Shown in pieces: positions 59,270-64,000 of a stretch of 64,000 bases of DNA. The position numbers and the translations under genes were made by a program. The notes under the pieces are model-generated. The model made no database searches, was not told the DNA's origin, and was given only the letters and a program-made list of their open reading frames with translations. The DNA comes from a virus: positions 1 to 64,000 of IMG/VR virus record IMGVR_UViG_3300005264_000040; one strand, 5' to 3'. The first letter of the stretch is position 1, and every line of letters begins with the position of its first letter.

Positions 59270-60939
59270 TGATATCAGATACTTTGAATTGGTTTAAATA
59301 TATTGCTACCAAAGAAACCAGTGTAAGAGACTTTATAGGAATTTTTGACCAAAGAAAACCTATAAAACTTATAGACTTTATCAGAAAATATGATGATACT
59401 TTTATTCCGGAATTTGAACAGTCATGGTGGCAACAGAATAGAATGACCAAAGAACATTATAAACATGCTTATGTTTCAATTTTCTATTTAGATAGAGTTA
59501 CAAGAATGGGAAGACAGGTTATGAGATACGTTCATACTGATATTGGTATTATAGATTACAGAGGAGAAGATGTAGAAGCATTCATCAGATTCCAGGAAAG
59601 ACTAGGAAATAGAACTTATATCGCATATGATAGAATGGTAAAAGTCTCAACGGATATAACAAGGAACGGTTTTGCTGTAGATGTACATGCATTGAATGTC
59701 GCTGAAAACGGATTAAAACTCATGTTCAATCGAATAAAAGCAGTATTGCACAACCAATATAATTTAACATCTTTATCCAAACCACATTTATTAGCAAAAC
59801 ATATAAAAGAAAGATTAGAGCTTAAAGATGAACAATATGCTGAATATGCAATGGAAGCTACAGGAAACGAAACATCTTTAACAGCAAAAGAAACTCTCGA
59901 GACATTGATTTATTATTATCCAGACCATGAAGAATATCTTAAGTCTATACTACATTACAAAGATATATATGCAAAACTCAATGTAGTAAAACAAATCAGA
60001 AAACACATGAAATATCATCCGGATGAAGATATTTATAGAATCCATTCTATATTTAGACATAATACTTCAGCAACAGGACGTTTCATTTCATCTAATCCGA
60101 ATATACAGAATTTCCCAAAAGACAAAGATATAAGAAATATTTTAGGATTCCCTTATGGTTCAGATAAAGTATTAGTAAGTGCTGACTATCCACAAATTGA
60201 GTTAAGAGTGTTTGCTGATTTAAGGGCTGATTTCCATATCACATATGATTTGATAAAAGCATTCCAAGAAAATAAAGATTTACATAGAATTGCAGCATCG
60301 GCTATTTATAATAAACCATATGAAGAAATTACAGATGAAGAAAGACGCGTAGGTAAAGTATTAAACTTCGGTATATTATACGGTATGTCCCCTCAAGGAC
60401 TTAAGAGGTTATTATGGACGCAATTAAAAATGGATGTAACTGTTGAGGAAGCAAAACGATTCATAGACTTATATTTGAGTAAAAACGAATTTGTTGCCAT
60501 TAAACATTGGCACGAAGATATGTGGCCATACGTTTCAAATCGTGTTGATTCCAGAAATGGAAGAATAAGACACGACAATGAATTAAGGATTTTAATAGCA
60601 GACCATGCATTCTTATTAATACCATTCCATAAAGGTGAAAGAATAGAAACTACATTTAGAAGAATATTAAACTATCAGATACAGGCATCAGCAGCTAACT
60701 TAATAAAATATGCATTATCTTTATTAGATAAGAGATTAATTTCTGAAGGATTAGATGAAAAGATTAAGATAGTTAATGTAATCCACGATGAAATTATATT
60801 AGAAACAGAAAAGAAATATGCAAACAAAGCTGCAGAAATATTGAAATGGGCTATGGATACAGCAGCTAATACTTACTTAAGAAAAGTTTCAGCTGATGTA
60901 GAAGTCAATGTGAATCAAAAATGGGGTAATCTTAAGTAA
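59269..60939 (+). CDS. polA: Family A DNA polymerase
   Basis: TGRFISSNPNIQNFP, ADYPQIELRVFA, RRVGKVLNFGILYGM, NYQIQASAA, VIHDEIILE. Confidence 0.93.
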   Translation: MISDTLNWFKYIATKETSVRDFIGIFDQRKPIKLIDFIRKYDDTFIPEFEQSWWQQNRMTKEHYKHAYVSIFYLDRVTRMGRQVMRYVHTDIGIIDYRGEDVEAFIRFQERLGNRTYIAYDRMVKVSTDITRNGFAVDVHALNVAENGLKLMFNRIKAVLHNQYNLTSLSKPHLLAKHIKERLELKDEQYAEYAMEATGNETSLTAKETLETLIYYYPDHEEYLKSILHYKDIYAKLNVVKQIRKHMKYHPDEDIYRIHSIFRHNTSATGRFISSNPNIQNFPKDKDIRNILGFPYGSDKVLVSADYPQIELRVFADLRADFHITYDLIKAFQENKDLHRIAASAIYNKPYEEITDEERRVGKVLNFGILYGMSPQGLKRLLWTQLKMDVTVEEAKRFIDLYLSKNEFVAIKHWHEDMWPYVSNRVDSRNGRIRHDNELRILIADHAFLLIPFHKGERIETTFRRILNYQIQASAANLIKYALSLLDKRLISEGLDEKIKIVNVIHDEIILETEKKYANKAAEILKWAMDTAANTYLRKVSADVEVNVNQKWGNLK

Positions 60940-60954
60940 TAATATAAATAAGTC

Positions 60955-60979
60955 AGCGCCTTTAAAAGGCGCTTTTTGT
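60955..60979 (+). terminator. Intrinsic terminator
   Basis: AGCGCC/GGCGCT+TTTT. Confidence 0.7.
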
Positions 60980-61043
60980 GTTTTGTTTAAGATATTTTAT
61001 ATGTTATAATTAGATAGAATTAAATCTATAAGGAGGGGAAACC

Positions 61044-61403
61044 GTGAAAATTGATTTAGAAATTGTAACTCCAGATTCAAAAATAGTGGATAGTATGCAG
61101 GTTATTTCTCAAGTGCGATTGTTGTTGCAATCAGTTTATATCCTTACTATGAATACTGTCGAAGAGGATATAAAAAAAATAGGACAAATTAATAAACTTA
61201 AACATGACCCTAAATTACTTACGGAATTAAATGCAAAATTAAAAACAGTTCAAAACAGGTTCAATGTAATGCCTCCTATTGACGCTGTTATTTCTAATTT
61301 GAATATTGAATATAAAGAAGAAAAAGATGCAGTGACGGCTATTATGAATATTGAAATAAAAACGAATAACGGCACTACCCTCAAGTATCAACAAAACTTA
61401 TAA
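61044..61403 (+). CDS. Hypothetical protein
   Basis: GTG start, SD AAGGAGG. Confidence 0.7.
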   Translation: MKIDLEIVTPDSKIVDSMQVISQVRLLLQSVYILTMNTVEEDIKKIGQINKLKHDPKLLTELNAKLKTVQNRFNVMPPIDAVISNLNIEYKEEKDAVTAIMNIEIKTNNGTTLKYQQNL

Positions 61404-61416
61404 GGCGGGATTTCTT

Positions 61417-61737
61417 ATGGGTACTTTAACAAAACAAATTAAAAGATATGAAAAAATAGTTTTAGAAGATGAAGAACAAAAAAAACACTATATAATATAT
61501 GATCCCATAATGCATTATATGTATTGTGAGACTTGCAATGAAAAAATTATCGTCTCTATGGCCTCCAGGAACGTCTCAGAAGTCCGATTTAATGTTTCTG
61601 ATACCATTTACTTAGAAATAGATAAAAACGTTGAAATAAAGGCTGATTTTTTTTCTTTTGAATGTAAATGTTCTAAATATAAAATAAATGCTCAATCTTT
61701 AAAAACACAATTAGACGAAGCAAAAAAAGGGTGGTAG
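61417..61737 (+). CDS. Hypothetical Cys-containing (possible Zn-binding) protein
   Basis: CETC ... CKC. Confidence 0.6.
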   Translation: MGTLTKQIKRYEKIVLEDEEQKKHYIIYDPIMHYMYCETCNEKIIVSMASRNVSEVRFNVSDTIYLEIDKNVEIKADFFSFECKCSKYKINAQSLKTQLDEAKKGW

Positions 61738-61738
61738 T

Positions 61739-62167
61739 ATGTATGCGCAAATATATTTAAGCGGTAATTCCGCTTTATCTGAAATGCTAAAAACTAACGC
61801 TTCTTACGTTATATTAGCCCAACCTTCTACAGAAGTATTTTTTACTTCTCCAGCAAATATCTTAATTTCAACGGATCCGGAAGATGCGATAGCAGTATCT
61901 GCTCCTTTGAGTTCTATAAACGAATTGAATTATTATTTAAAATTATTACAAGATAAGTTTAATTTTCCTTCTACCATAAAGCATGATTTGAAGAAAAATA
62001 GCTTGTTAAGCATTGATAAAGATGTTTCACAGTATAAAAAAAGTTTTTTAAACTTTTGTTTTGTAGAACATCTTAGAATGTTATACTTGCCAAATTTCTT
62101 TACTTACACGCTTACTATTCCTTACGAGGAAGGTAAAAAACTCCTTCAGACTATGTATTACTTTTAG
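61739..62167 (+). CDS. Hypothetical protein
   Basis: 142-aa ORF; terminator AGTCCC/GGGACT+T8 follows. Confidence 0.7.
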   Translation: MYAQIYLSGNSALSEMLKTNASYVILAQPSTEVFFTSPANILISTDPEDAIAVSAPLSSINELNYYLKLLQDKFNFPSTIKHDLKKNSLLSIDKDVSQYKKSFLNFCFVEHLRMLYLPNFFTYTLTIPYEEGKKLLQTMYYF

Positions 62168-62224
62168 TCCCTTGTGGGACTTTTTTTTTACCATGTGCAC
62201 TAAAAATATAGGAACGTCTGTAAC

Positions 62225-62332
62225 CCGCTATTCATAGGGGTGCGTTTGAGGGGCAACGACTCTATTATATATATATAATAGGATCGTTAAACGTCATTTG
62301 CACCCCTTTGAATAGTGGATTTGCGACGTTTT
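62225..62332. repeat. Nested palindromic element, copy 3 of 3 (outer flanks inverted relative to copies 1 and 2)
   Basis: Core 62262-62281. Confidence 0.95.
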
Positions 62333-62446
62333 GGAACGCAAATATGCTAATCTATTGCGTTTTGAATATCATAAAAAATATGGTAAAATAAATTAAAGTT
62401 TCAAAATAAGCAATGAAAGCATAAGATGTCATAAGATAAACGTTAG

Positions 62447-62476
62447 TTAGCAGAAATAAAAGACTTATGGTATAAT
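62447..62476 (+). promoter_or_regulatory. TTAGCA-class promoter
   Basis: TTAGCA-N18-TATAAT with TG. Confidence 0.55.
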
Positions 62477-62508
62477 AATATCGAAAAAGAAGAAATGGAG
62501 GGTGCATT

Positions 62509-63612
62509 ATGGATGACAATGCAGTAGTATATCAAAGATATGCTCAAGAAGCAGCTGAAAAATTTCTTAATCAAAATATACCCCTTAACGATACAATTGC
62601 TAAAATAGCAAAAGAAAATAGACTTGCCGAAGAAGAAATCCGACGTATAGTTGGATATGCAAATAAAATAGTCTTCTTAAAACTTTATGCTTCAACAGAA
62701 GAAAAAGATAAAATAAACTTTCCTTTAGCAGATGCAGATGAAATATTTTCAATGATTCCAGAATTAGAAAAAGCTCAAGAAAGAGCAAATGCAGCGTCAA
62801 ATGAAAATTTAACGAACGAAGAAAAAAGAAGTGGAACTGTAGCTGAGCAAGAAAAAACTGCTTCAGCTATAGATTCTTCATTATTTGATCTTACTGATGA
62901 AGAATTAAAAGAAATAGAGAATATGAATCCTTATGAAACAAAGGTAGAAGCATTTAGAAAAAAAGCTAGTATGGATTCATATTATGTAGATGAAGATATG
63001 TTTATAGATGTTACACGTCCTCTTACTGAAGAAGAACAAATGTATTTTGATATGATGAAAGAAAAAGAAGAAATAAAAAAAAGTTATGAGCAAAGTAATG
63101 AAATAGCAAAAAAATATGCATCTTTAGACGGTAATAGACTTGTTTTAAACAATGAAAAAATAAATAAATTATATATAAACTTCAAAGAAGCACACACAAA
63201 ATATGCAAGCTATAGAACACAAAGCGTACATTTGAGAAATGCTTTGGAAAAAGAAATATTAAGGTTGAGCAAAAATGAAGGATTACTACCTACCGATATA
63301 GTAAAAATTGCAAGGAATTTTGCTAAAAAAGACGGGACAGAATTTGATGCAAATGATATTTATTTATTAAAAGGTGTAGCAGAAGAAATAGTAGAAACAC
63401 ATCCGGAAATAATTCAATTCGTAAAAAAAGCAAATTTGGATTACAACTCAACAGTAAAAGAATCGTTAGAAAAAATAATGGATACTACTAAAGCTTTACT
63501 TACTAGTATAATAGAAACATCTTATTATAAAAACACATATCAAGAAAAAGAGGAAGAACTAAGGAAAGTAGCAAGGGCGTTTCCAGAAATATATTCAATG
63601 TATAAAATATAG
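62509..63612 (+). CDS. KxA-motif protein, putative virion/structural
   Basis: EKTAS, RKKAS, KKYAS, TKYAS, VKKAN. Confidence 0.65.
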   Translation: MDDNAVVYQRYAQEAAEKFLNQNIPLNDTIAKIAKENRLAEEEIRRIVGYANKIVFLKLYASTEEKDKINFPLADADEIFSMIPELEKAQERANAASNENLTNEEKRSGTVAEQEKTASAIDSSLFDLTDEELKEIENMNPYETKVEAFRKKASMDSYYVDEDMFIDVTRPLTEEEQMYFDMMKEKEEIKKSYEQSNEIAKKYASLDGNRLVLNNEKINKLYINFKEAHTKYASYRTQSVHLRNALEKEILRLSKNEGLLPTDIVKIARNFAKKDGTEFDANDIYLLKGVAEEIVETHPEIIQFVKKANLDYNSTVKESLEKIMDTTKALLTSIIETSYYKNTYQEKEEELRKVARAFPEIYSMYKI

Positions 63613-63683
63613 GGTTCTATATAAAAAAATGCAAAAGAGGAGGTGAAAAGTTCCGGGGTTAATAAAACCTGGAACGAATTAAT

Positions 63684-64000
63684 ATGGAAAAATGGAGAAC
63701 ATTATTAATGAAATTAGCTGAAAAGGGTGCAGAAACACAGAATACCAAAGAACAGGAAACACAACCAGTAGAAACACCTGAAACCGAAACAGAAGACAAA
63801 CCAGTTTTATCTTTGGACGAACTTACGGAATTGGATGCTTTAGCAGAAAAAGCTACCGATATGATAGAAGAAGGTAAAAATCCAGAAGAAGTTTTAGGGA
63901 AAGCAGAAGAAATTGTTGAAGAATATTTTGAAGAAAAACAGTTAGTAGATAAAGAAATATTAACAGAAGAAGATGTAGCTAAGGCTTTAGATTATTTGGT
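63684..64000 (+). CDS. Acidic protein, 3'-truncated by the window edge (possible scaffold)
   Basis: MEKWRTLLMKLAEKGAETQ...; open to the window end. Confidence 0.65.
   Translation, partial: MEKWRTLLMKLAEKGAETQNTKEQETQPVETPETETEDKPVLSLDELTELDALAEKATDMIEEGKNPEEVLGKAEEIVEEYFEEKQLVDKEILTEEDVAKALDYL

Noticed and set aside
61044-61403. gp25-like baseplate wedge protein
   Set aside because: Size and C-terminal beta pattern are suggestive only; no diagnostic motif could be confirmed.
798-62800. Minus-strand and alternate-frame ORFs in the supplied track (e.g. 2261..2500, 22282..22806, 42310..42540, 42338..42655)
   Set aside because: They are shadows of + strand genes or repeats, with low-complexity F/L/S/I composition and no SD.
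1-64000. tRNA/rRNA genes, IS elements, alternative genetic code
   Set aside because: No cloverleaf or T-loop motifs, transposases or rRNA signatures found by eye; ORFs are full length under code 11 with all three stops used.

Overview
AT-rich, very gene-dense 64-kb segment. Essentially all credible CDSs lie on the + strand with AAGGAGG ribosome-binding sites and sigma70-type promoters. It is most plausibly part of a large, uncharacterised bacteriophage genome (inference from gene content; no capsid, terminase, integrase, rRNA, tRNA or CRISPR array is recognisable). Recognisable genes: a broken MoxR-type AAA ATPase with its HExxH/VWA partner, UvrD helicase, dUTPase, SLT lytic transglycosylase, a recombination-directionality-factor-like protein, a cluster of basic Gly/Ala-rich 'KxA'-motif proteins (probably virion), about 19 kb of small paralogous hypothetical genes containing a stand-alone retron-type reverse transcriptase, SNF2 helicase, MazG, DUF1653, a HEAT-repeat protein, SSB, a PD-(D/E)XK nuclease, a giant primase-helicase(-exonuclease) and a family A DNA polymerase. 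The most unusual signals are non-coding. (1) A tandem array of four ~120-150 nt structured units at 24.25-24.80 kb (SD, micro-ORF, hairpin, ATAAG, hairpin, GCGG-NTT-CCGC hairpin), plus a dispersed fifth unit; one unit carries a 21/22-nt complement of a leader hairpin at 3.57 kb. (2) A GC-rich two-hairpin element at 42.4-42.6 kb enclosing an irregular (GA)2-4AT tract. (3) Three copies of a ~100-bp nested palindrome present as three different flip-flop inversion isomers. Elements 1 and 2 are candidate RNA partners for the retron-like RT, which has no msr-msd beside it; that link is a hypothesis.
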